A DNA stretch of 38,590 nt from Trichomonas gallinae (taxonomy: Eukaryota). The stretch covers positions 1 through 38,590 of the forward strand of contig MRSU01010809.1 of assembly GCA_008369845.1 (NCBI GenBank), in the 5' to 3' direction. The notes beneath the pieces are model-generated. The model saw only the letters and a list, made by a program, of their open reading frames with translations, was not told the DNA's origin and searched no databases. Made by a program: the position numbers and the translations under genes. Shown here piece by piece: positions 1-10,052 of the stretch (the first letter of the stretch is position 1; every line of letters begins with the position of its first letter).

Positions 1-375
1 CACCATCAAGTACTCCTTTCTCTACACCATCAAGCACTCCTTTCTCTACACCATCAAGTACTCCTTTCTCTACACCATCATCAACGCCATTCTCTACACC
101 ATCTTCTACACCATCAAGCACACCATCTTCTACACCATCATCAACGCCATCTTCTACACCATCAAGCACACCATCTTCTACACCATCATTAACGCCATCT
201 CCTACACCATCAAGCACACCTTTCTCTACACCATCATCAACGCCATTCTCTACACCATCAAGCACACCATTATCAACGCCATTGAGTACTCCATCCTCAA
301 CGCCTTCAAGCACACCATCATTAACGCCATCAAGTACTCGATCAATTACACCTTCAAGTACACCTCGATCTACCC
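1..375 (+). repeat. Coding minisatellite of 12-nt units encoding TP(S/F)S
   Basis: Repeated acaccatcaagc / actcctttctct / acaccatcttct units, with 24-nt higher-order periodicity at the start. Confidence 0.9.
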
Positions 376-839
376 CATCAGACTCTCATTTGACAACACC
401 AATTACAACTTCATTTTCGACACCAGCAATGTCATTGGAAAATGCTGTTTATAAGCCAAATTTACCAGAATCAAAGATGCGGACACCAAGCTATAACTCG
501 CTTAAGAAAGATGTAACGAAAAAAATGAAGAAATCTCTGATATTTGGGCTCATCATTGGCGCTGTTCTCATTTGCATTGGCATCTTAGCAACAGCTTTAA
601 TTTTAAAGCTACGAAAGAAGAAAGATCTATTTGACGAATCCGAGAAGAGCGATGAATCTCCAGCTGAGCAGGCTGAAACGTGCATCTTCAGTCTCGAAAA
701 CATGAATGATGATGAGTATTTAGGTGAAGAAAAAGTTCTGTTCTCAACGTACACAATTGAACAGCAAGGAGAATCAGATCCATTCAACTGTGAAGAGTCA
801 GAAGTTGATATTGCTGATTCCAACTTTATCTTTATATAA
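1..839 (+). CDS. 3' part of a type I membrane surface protein: Ser/Thr/Pro-rich stalk, one TM helix, acidic cytoplasmic tail (5' end outside window)
   Basis: The frame is open from position 3 (PSSTPFSTPSS...) and continuous with the listed ORF 282..839. TM segment LIFGLIIGAVLICIGILATALIL is followed by KLRKKK; acidic tail with DPF; stop TAA at 837-839. Confidence 0.85.
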   Translation, partial: PSSTPFSTPSSTPFSTPSSTPFSTPSSTPFSTPSSTPSSTPSSTPSSTPSSTPSSTPSSTPSLTPSPTPSSTPFSTPSSTPFSTPSSTPLSTPLSTPSSTPSSTPSLTPSSTRSITPSSTPRSTPSDSHLTTPITTSFSTPAMSLENAVYKPNLPESKMRTPSYNSLKKDVTKKMKKSLIFGLIIGAVLICIGILATALILKLRKKKDLFDESEKSDESPAEQAETCIFSLENMNDDEYLGEEKVLFSTYTIEQQGESDPFNCEESEVDIADSNFIFI

Positions 840-906
840 TTATTGTTTGTATAAAAACCAATCATATTTCATTATTTCTCAATGATTTTGTTTTAAAACT
901 TAAGTT

Positions 907-1406
907 TTATTCTTTCTTGTCATCTGATGAAGAATTATTGTCACTCTTTTTCATGAAAACGAAAAGGAAAAGGAGAAGAAAAATGATTGCAATAGCAGCT
1001 ATCATACCTATTGAAATTCCAACAATTGCTCCAGGTTTAAGTTTATTGTCAGGAGCAATTTGAGCATCAGGTGTATTTGATGTCATATTGATAACTTCGC
1101 CAGGTTTTGTATTAGTATTTTCTGAAAACGAATTGGATCATCATCTAATTCTAAATCAACATCAAATACTTCAACATTTATCTTCTGCTTGGTTCCAATG
1201 ATAATTTGTGATCCAAAAGAACAAAGAGATTTGCCTTTTGGAATCACATAGTATTCATCTTCTTCAACAATGATATCATCGCATTCTCTTTTTAAACGTT
1301 TCTTTGTACATGTCTTTTTGCCAAGAAACTGAGGAGCCCTCTCTGCCTCCATTGGAATCAACTTCACCAAATTTGAGCTCACTTGATGATTGTGTGACTG
1401 ATCCAT
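907..1406 (-). pseudogene. Frameshifted/truncated type I membrane protein remnant
   Basis: ORF 1083..1406 shifts frame near 1125 into SENTNTKPGEVINMTSNTPDAQIAPDNKLKPGAIVGISIGMIAAIAIIFLLLFLFVFMKKSDNNSSSDDKKE*, stop at 907-909. This is a clear stalk+TM+tail with no in-frame N-terminus. Confidence 0.6.
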
Positions 1407-1726
1407 GGTTATTGAATTCCTTCTTAAAGTCGTTAGCAGTGAATATAGTTAAGAATATATCATTTAAAAAATAGTTAAATCAAATAAAGGATTAAAAATA
1501 AACAATATTTGTCAAATATTCGTCGTCTATTAGCGTAGGTGACTCTTATAGCCATACTGTATCTATAGCATTAATTTGGAAGGATTCCGCTGGGAATACC
1601 AGGTGTCTGCACTGATAGAAATTCATCACTGACATATATATATGTTGTCATTTTTTTCTCCTTACATTCTATAAAAATTTTGCAATTTTGTGAAGTTTAC
1701 AATGCAACCAGAATAATAACAATAAT

Positions 1727-3397
1727 ATGCTTCTTTCTTTGATTATTGCTGCAAAATCAGCTCCTGTGTACGAAACTCCAACAATGGGCTGGAGCTCGTG
1801 GAATACATTTCGCATAAATATTAATGAAGAAGTGATCAAACAACAAGCAACGGCAATCGTTGATAGAGGCCTTGACAAAAAGGGCTACATATATATAAAT
1901 ATCGATGATGGCTACTTTGGTGGCAGAAATGCAACCACAGGACAACTTTTAATTCATCCACAAAGATTTCCAAACGGCTTAGAACCAGTTGTTAAGCATA
2001 TTCACGGCCTAGGCCTCAAAGCAGGCATCTACTCTGACGGTGGCAGAAATACTTGCGGAAGTGCTCATCAGGGTGATGCATGGGGTATTGGCGTTGGAAC
2101 TTACGGCCATGACCAGCAAGATGCTGACTACTGGTTCAGAGTCCTCGACTTTGACTTCATCAAATTAGATTTTTGCGGTGGTGTTCCAGATAAAAATTTC
2201 GAAAATTTGCAATTAGACGAGCGCGAGCGTTATACAGCAATTCGCGATGCCATTCTTAACACTGGTAAGAAAGGTGTTCGCACAAACGTTTGCAGATGGG
2301 ATTTTCCAGGTACTTGGGTTCAAAACTTGACAACTTCTTGGAGAATCTCGCTAGATATCAATCCAACATGGCCTCGTGTTAAATTAATCATCAAAATAAA
2401 CCAATACTACTCAGCTTATGCCATTGAAGGCCACTATAACGATATGGATATGTTGGAAGTTGGACGTGGATTGTCTATCGAAGAAGATAAGACACATTTC
2501 GGCATGTGGTGCATCTTGGCTTCACCATTACTCATTGGCTGCGATTTGACAAAAATTACCCCTGAAGCTTTCGAACTCTTAGCTAATGAAGAGCTTATTG
2601 CGCTCAACCAAGATCCATGCGCTTTACAGGCCCAAATTGTTGACCTAAAAGGAGACAACAGCGTTGTTAAGATTTTCGTTAAAGATATTATCGAAAGGCA
2701 AGGCAAGAAGCGCGCTATTGCAGTTTACAACCCATCTGAATCGGAGCAAAATGTTACAGTTGATTTTGGTCCACTTTGCCTTGGAGGTAAAATCAAAATC
2801 CGTGACTGCTTCGAGAAAGCCGATGTTGGCACTGTTGACGCCAAGGATGGCTTCAAGGTCACAGTTCCAGCCCATGGAACAAGAATCTACACACTTGAAG
2901 CCGAAATACGCAATGAGCAAGTTCGCTATGAAGCTGAGAATGCCTGGCTTGACAAATTCACAGCTATCAAGCAGCAGAACTTCGCTCGTGCTGTAGAAAA
3001 CACCAAGTACTCGGGCGGTGGATATGTAGGATATCTCGGCGGCACGGACGTTCCAGAGAACTGGATGGAGTGGCGCGACGTCTACAGCAAAGAGGGTGGA
3101 TTTTACTCATTAACAATTGGCTACAGTGTTTATGGTGAAAGAAGGAATCTTAGATGCTTCGTCAATGGACAAAAGTTCTGGTTCCAGGCATTACCAGACA
3201 CACAATATGAGAAAGTTGAGCGTAAAACAATCGTCGTCGAGCTTAAGAAAGGCTACAACGTTATTCGCCTCGACAACCCAACAGGCTGGGCTCCAGATAT
3301 CGACTACATCGATTTAGTTAAACTTACTGATGTTGATGACTCATATAGCTCTATGCTATATCAGTCATTCAATCAAGAACAGAAATCTGAATTATAA
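1727..3397 (+). CDS. Alpha-galactosidase, glycoside hydrolase family 27 (melibiase), with C-terminal CBM35/CBM6-like module
   Basis: GH27 motifs TPTMGWSSWN, YINIDDGY, RFPNG, GLKAGIYSD, IKLDFC (nucleophile Asp), WRISLDI (acid/base Asp), YNDMDMLEVG, HFGMWCILASPLLIGCDL, LIALNQD. RYEAENA...DIDYI beta-sandwich module; short hydrophobic N-terminus. Confidence 0.93.
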   Translation: MLLSLIIAAKSAPVYETPTMGWSSWNTFRININEEVIKQQATAIVDRGLDKKGYIYINIDDGYFGGRNATTGQLLIHPQRFPNGLEPVVKHIHGLGLKAGIYSDGGRNTCGSAHQGDAWGIGVGTYGHDQQDADYWFRVLDFDFIKLDFCGGVPDKNFENLQLDERERYTAIRDAILNTGKKGVRTNVCRWDFPGTWVQNLTTSWRISLDINPTWPRVKLIIKINQYYSAYAIEGHYNDMDMLEVGRGLSIEEDKTHFGMWCILASPLLIGCDLTKITPEAFELLANEELIALNQDPCALQAQIVDLKGDNSVVKIFVKDIIERQGKKRAIAVYNPSESEQNVTVDFGPLCLGGKIKIRDCFEKADVGTVDAKDGFKVTVPAHGTRIYTLEAEIRNEQVRYEAENAWLDKFTAIKQQNFARAVENTKYSGGGYVGYLGGTDVPENWMEWRDVYSKEGGFYSLTIGYSVYGERRNLRCFVNGQKFWFQALPDTQYEKVERKTIVVELKKGYNVIRLDNPTGWAPDIDYIDLVKLTDVDDSYSSMLYQSFNQEQKSEL

Positions 3398-3989
3398 ACT
3401 ATCTATCAAGAATATAATATTGACATCTATTAATGATATCTATATTTTGAAGCATAAGTCAAAGCTGTTTTGTTGTTATTGTATTTTGATTTGGCATTTA
3501 TTTCAGAAACTGAGAGAATGCGTAAGTTAATTGAAGATCAAATCAAAGCAGTATTATATTCATTATTCCTTGTGTTGACATCTATTCTCGGAACTATGAG
3601 ATGGACAACTTCTTAATGACCATTTTTGAAGCATCAATCAAAACTTCATTATAATTATAATTAAAACGGTGAACTTTGAAGCTAACTATAATAGACTTTA
3701 AGTTATTGGATATTATAATGTTATTGATACATTTTCCACTGAATATTATCAGACCAAAAATTTTTCAGTGCCATATATGAATAATTGGTATGATAATATT
3801 TATAGACATAAAGGCGCTTTTTTTTCATATGATTGTATATTGAGAATGAATCCAACAATTTTTTTGACAAAAGTTGTTGGATAAAACCCATGTCAATTTT
3901 TATAATAACGAGTATTTTATTTCCATATAGTGGCCTCAAAATTATGATAATAACGTGCTCGACTTTTGAAGGGTCTGTTCGAGCATTTG

Positions 3990-4240
3990 AATGAAGAGCT
4001 AGGAGAGGTGGAAGCTATTATGGAGGTAGATATGGGTCTTCATTCATCTCCTACTGATAGCTCTATACACTTCTCCAAGATCTAATTCAAAAACACTGAA
4101 ATCATCCATGAGTTTGCCAACAAGTTTGTTTGGAAGTTATAAAGGATTCGGCATGGCCCAGATAGCTGTTTTGTATTCGACTCCAGAAATGAATGTATAT
4201 TGTTCAGCAACAGGAAATGTTAATTTTGGCTGGATGTAAT
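3990..4240 (+). pseudogene. Possible decayed remnant of a trichomonad glycine-rich protein gene
   Basis: Locally higher GC. Fragments read GRGGSYYGGRYGSSFIS and, in another frame, SSMSLPTSLFGSYKGFGMAQIAVL, resembling the GGGxxYYGG..GSSFISG..MPLP..GxGxAxITxL C-terminus of that family. Interrupted by stops. Confidence 0.35.
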
Positions 4241-4272
4241 CGTAGTTAAACATAATCTATAATTGTTTATTT

Positions 4273-6030
4273 TTATTCAAGACTTGGGCTCGAAAAGTTA
4301 TTGCTAGCAGTTTTTGCTTTTCTTGCACGAACTTTAAAGTAAATGACAATACCAATGACTGCAATGATGACAGCAACAAGAACACCAACACAGATGCCTA
4401 TGATCAAAGACTTGCTATCTGGTTTTGATGGAGTTTTTGGTGATTCTCCGAGAAGCAAATAGTTTGGATCAAATGGGTCACCATTGCTGAATGTCATATT
4501 GTTGAGTTTCATTGTTCTGCAGAATCTTTCAGGATCAGGACAGATAAGTGGATATTCATTGTTCTCATAATTGATTTGATAGCCTTGATTTGCATTTGAC
4601 TTATTGCACTCAAACAGCGTGTAAGACGATTTTGATGCAGTATCATAATGTCTCCATGTCAAGCTTTCAAATCTATTGCATTCATATTCACCGCACTGCA
4701 TTGGAACATCTCTAAATGGATATGAGTTATTATATATAAAGTAAGACTGGCCTTTTGGACAGCGCTTCGTCATCATTACACCTAAATTGATAAAATCAAG
4801 GCTGTAGTTGTAGGCGATTTCGCTCTCATTAAAAGGATTGTAAAACTCTTCGCTCTTGCATAATGCTTTATATGGAAGAAATGAGCAATTGATGATTGTT
4901 TTTGAATACGCAGGAATGTTCAAAAATGTATAATCAAAACCTGTAAAATCATAATTCAAATATCCGGATGGGAAAACTTTCCTTGGTGGACCTGTTGCAA
5001 AATCATCAATGAACTTTCCGTCAATGGACTCTGGGTGTCCCCAAACAAGAGGATGAGTCATTGAATAGTTACATTTATAATTTCCTGTATCTTGAAGAAC
5101 AGCAACAGTTGCATCAGTGACTGTTTCAAATCCAAATAGAGTTTTTGTCATTACATCTCCATGAATAACTCTGTCACTAAGGTCACTTTCTGTGTCCGAA
5201 AGTTCAATGCCTGATGGGCATGATGTTCCATTATCTCCGTAAAATGTTTCAACACCATAGTGTTTAACTGCCCATTTATGCGCAAAAGGTGTTGTTAAAA
5301 TCTTGAACTCTTTGTTGAATCTAACGAGTTTGCAAGTTGTTTCTTTGAATGATTTTTCATCTTCATATGGATGATAAAACTGTCTTAGATTTTTATGGAA
5401 GCCCATATCACGCAAAATTTTTTGCAATAGATAATAGAAATAAGAATTGTCTTCAGAATCCTCAGATTGCACCTGATTTATCACTAATTCGTTTGGAATT
5501 ACTATATTTCCTTGTGTTGGTCTGTGATATTTTTTGTCAAGTTGTTCTTCTAATGGTTGAGTGGTTAAAGCATTGCCTGCTCCTGGCCTCAAAAAGACAC
5601 CTGCATAATAATCAACATCACTCACTGTTAATCCTTCTTCATAGCTTGTCCAAACGTTGTTAGATTCTGTATAATTTTTAACATTTATAGGTGAATCTAA
5701 TGGAATAACGCTCAGGAATTTCTCTAAATACAATCTAACATTCTCTAATGTGCCTTTGAGCGCATTTATCTGATCTGAAGATATTAGATATTGTCTTAAA
5801 CATGTATCACTAGCCCACCAATTTATCTTCTGTTTAAATTCTTTGCACAACAGTGGATCTGGTTTTGAACCATCAATATAAGAATAGTCGAATTTTATAC
5901 GAATATTTTTCCATTCTTTACCTGAATAAGTATTTCTTTTACTATCACTTGTATAAGCATGCTTATCATCATTTAATGTATTCAATGCGTTTTGACTATT
6001 GTACCATGCTAACAAGAAAAAACTCAACAT
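4273..6030 (-). CDS. GP63/leishmanolysin-like (peptidase M8) type I membrane protein, predicted catalytically inactive
   Basis: WKNIRIKFDYSY, LTTPFAHKWAVKHYG, CPSGIEL, TDATVAVLQDTGNY, LVWGHPE, CPDPERFC and a C-terminal TM. The HExxH position reads QKILR (5410-5424). Likely start is ATG 6030 (MLSFFLLAWY, signal-like, matches paralogue length); the frame is open to 6099. Confidence 0.88.
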   Translation of the reverse strand: MLSFFLLAWYNSQNALNTLNDDKHAYTSDSKRNTYSGKEWKNIRIKFDYSYIDGSKPDPLLCKEFKQKINWWASDTCLRQYLISSDQINALKGTLENVRLYLEKFLSVIPLDSPINVKNYTESNNVWTSYEEGLTVSDVDYYAGVFLRPGAGNALTTQPLEEQLDKKYHRPTQGNIVIPNELVINQVQSEDSEDNSYFYYLLQKILRDMGFHKNLRQFYHPYEDEKSFKETTCKLVRFNKEFKILTTPFAHKWAVKHYGVETFYGDNGTSCPSGIELSDTESDLSDRVIHGDVMTKTLFGFETVTDATVAVLQDTGNYKCNYSMTHPLVWGHPESIDGKFIDDFATGPPRKVFPSGYLNYDFTGFDYTFLNIPAYSKTIINCSFLPYKALCKSEEFYNPFNESEIAYNYSLDFINLGVMMTKRCPKGQSYFIYNNSYPFRDVPMQCGEYECNRFESLTWRHYDTASKSSYTLFECNKSNANQGYQINYENNEYPLICPDPERFCRTMKLNNMTFSNGDPFDPNYLLLGESPKTPSKPDSKSLIIGICVGVLVAVIIAVIGIVIYFKVRARKAKTASNNFSSPSLE

Positions 6031-6445
6031 TATTGTTTGAATAAAGTTTTGCGGTTTTGTAAAAAATGAGTCGAACTCTTTATAATCCATTTTAAACAAT
6101 TGTATTTTTTTTGACTTTTGAAATTGTCACATTCAATTTTTTTTAAATAAATGAATTTATATGTTATGTAATAATTTAAAAAGGTTCGAATCGTTAAATG
6201 CCGTTAAAACGGTTATTACTCTTAATCATCCAAATTTGAATAAATTATTTAAACATTAAATTATTAATTCTACAATTATCTATAATTTTAAATAGATTTT
6301 GTAAATATTACGGGCGAGACGAAAAAATATAAAATAAGTTAAAATTAATAATGACAACATTATTTATATAAATTTTAATGAGTTAATTTTCAATCAAAAA
6401 TAATTGTTTTATTGTTAAATTTATTTTGTCAGTTTTTGACTGACA

Positions 6446-7385
6446 ATGATTCCAATTTTATGACTTCGCCATGTAAATAATAGATATAATATACACAAAC
6501 AATGCACCACAAAGAACCCAAATTAATGCACTTAAAGCCACATTTAGAGGACTTATTGACAGTTATTCCTGCTAATCATCCATATCAAAAACCAAAACTG
6601 GTCAGAAACGACCTCATTCCAACCTAAAGCTGTGCCAGATGTTGACTTGCATATAACAGTTGTTGCAAGGCCTATGTGGCCAGACAATACAATTTAGCAT
6701 CGGCTAATTCTCATGTCAAAAGAAGCATCGATAATTTCTCTGAACAAAGTGTAAAATTTGTTCATCCATATCATGTTCCAAAAGAAGCACAAAACATCGA
6801 TTCGGAAAATTCGGATTATTTTTATGTTATTTTACATGAGGTCATTCACGCTTTGGGAATTATCATTTTCATTCATACGATAGAATGACAAGATATAAAA
6901 ACCCACATGCAAGCTTCAAAAACTAGGCAAACTTTACATTTTTAGTGACGCCATACTGCCATATATAGGCTATGAAGCATTATGATGTTGAGATAATGGA
7001 ACAGAATGTTTGTCTGGTATCGAGATTGAAGATAATGGCAACGAGAAAGCAGCTGCAGGTCATCTTGAAGGAAGAATTTTCTTCACTGATTTAATGCTCG
7101 GAACTAGAATCAAAGATGTATTACGATTAACAGACGCAACATTAGCAGTGTTACGAGACACTGGCAATTTCAAATATATCAAGTATTACATGTCCAGATC
7201 CAGGAAGATTCTGCAGATCAGTCAAATTGCTTGAATCGCATTTCAAAACCGATACTGTTGTTTTGACAGATGCCAAGAGACCTCCAAAAATAACTGATGT
7301 TGATACACCAGACAATACTAAAACAATATATCATCATCAGAGACGTTGTGCCTTGTGCTGTAGTAGCTATTATTATAATAAGTGT
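6446..7385 (+). pseudogene. GP63-like pseudogene of the HExxH (active-type) lineage
   Basis: Begins atgattccaattt like the gene at 10053. Retains HEVIH (6835-6849), GIEIED, GHLEGRIF, LTDATLAVLRDTGNFK and TCPDPGRFCRSVKL, but has several stops, frameshifts and large internal deletions. Confidence 0.85.
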
Positions 7386-7399
7386 TATTATTTATTGCA

Positions 7400-7751
7400 A
7401 AGTTATAAAATAATCGAATGCGACAAATCTACAATTGCCCGTAACTTCACTCTAAAGACAGGATGATATGAATCCGAAGTTTTCTGTCCTGATCCAGAAA
7501 AATTATGTGAATCTATAAAACTAGGAGAAGAATTCTTCAAAGAAGATCCATTTGAATTGAATACTGTAGTTTTGACAGATGCAAAAAGACCGCAAGTTCG
7601 AGGTTCAGAAATCAAGCAGGGAGAAAATTCAAAGAAGAAAAAGATCATCATTGAATCATCAATTGCTTGTATTGTTGTTATTATAATAGCTGTTGCAGGG
7701 GTTTTTATATATGTTAACATTAAAAAAGGAACAAACCGAGTTGATATCTAA
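7400..7751 (+). pseudogene. Second GP63-like C-terminal remnant (active-type tail)
   Basis: IIECDKSTIARNF..*..FCPDPEKLCESIKL..FKEDPFELNTVVLTDAKRP..TM..*; repeats the C-terminal block already seen at ~7190-7380. Confidence 0.78.
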
Positions 7752-7906
7752 TTCATATTTTCTAACTAAATTTTCCGTGATATTTAGATTTTTTATCCAA
7801 TTTTTAGGTATTGTGGACACTACTAAGTAGTAATATTTGCAATTTAATATGTTAAAACTAATAAATATTTAATGTATAACATTTTTACTCAGAGTAATAT
7901 GGTGTT

Positions 7907-9667
7907 TTAGTCAATATTTTCACCTGATGAATTAGAGTCTCCGTTCCTTCCACGCAGTTTAATGTAGATGACAACACCAACAACTGCAATAATAATAACA
8001 ACAAGAACAGCAACAACTATGCCAACGATCAAACCGGTTTTACTCTTTGAAGATTTTTTCGCTGCATCCGGAAGAAGCAAATAATCAGGATCGAATGGGT
8101 CTCCATTAAATGTCATATTATTGAGTTTTATTGTCCTACAGAATCTCTCTGGATCAGGGCAAAAAAGTCTATATGTTCTAGATTCATACATGATTTGATA
8201 TCCTTGATTTGCATTAGACTTATTGCACTCAATCAGTGTATAGGTAGTTCTTGAATATGTGTCATAATGTCTCCATGTCATGCTTTCATATCCATTGCAT
8301 TCATATTCTCCACATACCATTAAAGGAGAGGAATAATAAATACCGCTACGATTAAATTGAATGTACGACATACCTTTGGGGCACCTGGTTGTTTGCATTC
8401 TTCCTAAATTGATGGAATCATAATAATAACTAACTAAAACTGTTTCATTAAATGGGTTGTAAAATTTTTCAGATTTGCAAATCTGTGAGGATGGATTTGT
8501 TTTGCATTCAGTATTCGTTATTTGGTATGAACCGCTTTGGCTATTTAGAAACGTGTAATCAAAACTTGCACCATCGTAATCCAAATATCCGGATGGGAAA
8601 ACTTTCCTTGGTGGACCTGTTGCAAAATCATCAATATAATTTCCATCGATGGACTCTGGATGTCCCCAAACAAGTGGATGAGCCATTGAATAGTCACATT
8701 TATAATTTCCTGTATCTTGAAGAACAGCGACAGTTGCATCAGTGAGTTTTTCAAATCCAAATGCGTTCTCAGTCATAATATCACCATGAATAACTCTATC
8801 ATTCAGATCATTTTCATTGCTTGAAAGTTCGATGCCTGATGGGCATGATGTTCCATTATCTCCGTAAAATGTTTCAACACCATAGTGTTTAACTGCCCAT
8901 TTATGTGCAAAAGGTGTTGTTAAAATCTTGAACTCTTTGTTGAATCTAATGAGTTTGCACGTTGTTGTGTTGTATGGAGTTGCATCTTCATATGGATGAT
9001 AAAACTGTCTTAGATTTTTATGGATGCCAATTTCGCGCAAAATTAATTTCAAAAGGAAATTATAATAAGTGTTTTGTTCCGAATTTTCTGATTGTGCTTC
9101 TTTTATCATTGAGCTTCTCATTGGAATCAATAGACTCGCTTGAATAGTTCTATTATACTTTTTGTCAAATTGATCTAATCTTGGATTAGTATCGATTGTA
9201 TTGTACCAATGCGGCCTCAGAAATACACCAACATATAAATCTACATCATTAACAGTTAATCCATCTTCATAACTTGTCCAATTTTGACGATAATCTCTAT
9301 AATTTTTAACTTTTATAGGAGAATCCAAAGGGATGACCTTGAGGAAGCGCTGCAAAAATGATCTAATGTTCTCTAATGTGCCTTTTAGAGCATTAATCTG
9401 CTCTTGAGTTACAAGATAAGATGCTTCACATTCTTTAACAGACCACCATTCTATTTTTTGATTTAATGTTTTGCACATCTTAGGATCCGGTTTTGTACCA
9501 TCTATATAAGAATAATCGAACTTTATTCGAATATTTTTCCAATTACTATCTGAACTAGCCTTCCTTTTCGAACCATTGGTTGCATAATGGTATCCACTAT
9601 CATTCATCGACTTGGATATGCTTTTACGATTGAATAATGCTAAAGAAAACAACAATACATTCAACAT
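7907..9667 (-). CDS. GP63/leishmanolysin-like type I membrane protein, predicted catalytically inactive
   Basis: 586-aa intact ORF, paralogue of 4273..6030; signal-like N-terminus and C-terminal TM. The HExxH position reads KLILR (9035-9049). Confidence 0.9.
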   Translation of the reverse strand: MLNVLLFSLALFNRKSISKSMNDSGYHYATNGSKRKASSDSNWKNIRIKFDYSYIDGTKPDPKMCKTLNQKIEWWSVKECEASYLVTQEQINALKGTLENIRSFLQRFLKVIPLDSPIKVKNYRDYRQNWTSYEDGLTVNDVDLYVGVFLRPHWYNTIDTNPRLDQFDKKYNRTIQASLLIPMRSSMIKEAQSENSEQNTYYNFLLKLILREIGIHKNLRQFYHPYEDATPYNTTTCKLIRFNKEFKILTTPFAHKWAVKHYGVETFYGDNGTSCPSGIELSSNENDLNDRVIHGDIMTENAFGFEKLTDATVAVLQDTGNYKCDYSMAHPLVWGHPESIDGNYIDDFATGPPRKVFPSGYLDYDGASFDYTFLNSQSGSYQITNTECKTNPSSQICKSEKFYNPFNETVLVSYYYDSINLGRMQTTRCPKGMSYIQFNRSGIYYSSPLMVCGEYECNGYESMTWRHYDTYSRTTYTLIECNKSNANQGYQIMYESRTYRLFCPDPERFCRTIKLNNMTFNGDPFDPDYLLLPDAAKKSSKSKTGLIVGIVVAVLVVIIIAVVGVVIYIKLRGRNGDSNSSGENID

Positions 9668-10052
9668 TTTTTATTTTATTTTATGATTTCAAATCTTTAA
9701 TTTTCTGTTTTATTCATGTATTTTAAATCGACTATGTATAACATGTTTATTTTTAATGTTATTTTTCAAATCCGTTCTTATCGTTTACTGTGAAACTCTT
9801 AATCATTCAAGACCAAAAAGTTTATCAATAATATGATTATAGTGAACAAAATACTACAATTTCAATAATAAAATCAAGTTTTAACGTTGATATGAAATTT
9901 TGAATTAGTATGGTTGATAAATTGAAATGATTACAGATAGTTTACAAAACCCTAAATAAAAAATAAAATGTGCTTATGATAATAAAGCAAAAATAGCAAT
10001 TTGTTTGTTATAAAGGGGTTCACACCATTCAAATCATGATTTTATTTTTTTG

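Noticed and set aside
6031..6099. N-terminal extensions in the ORF track (also 28183-28254 and 33478-33501)
   Set aside because: AT-rich UTR-like sequence; downstream ATGs match paralogue length or domain starts better.
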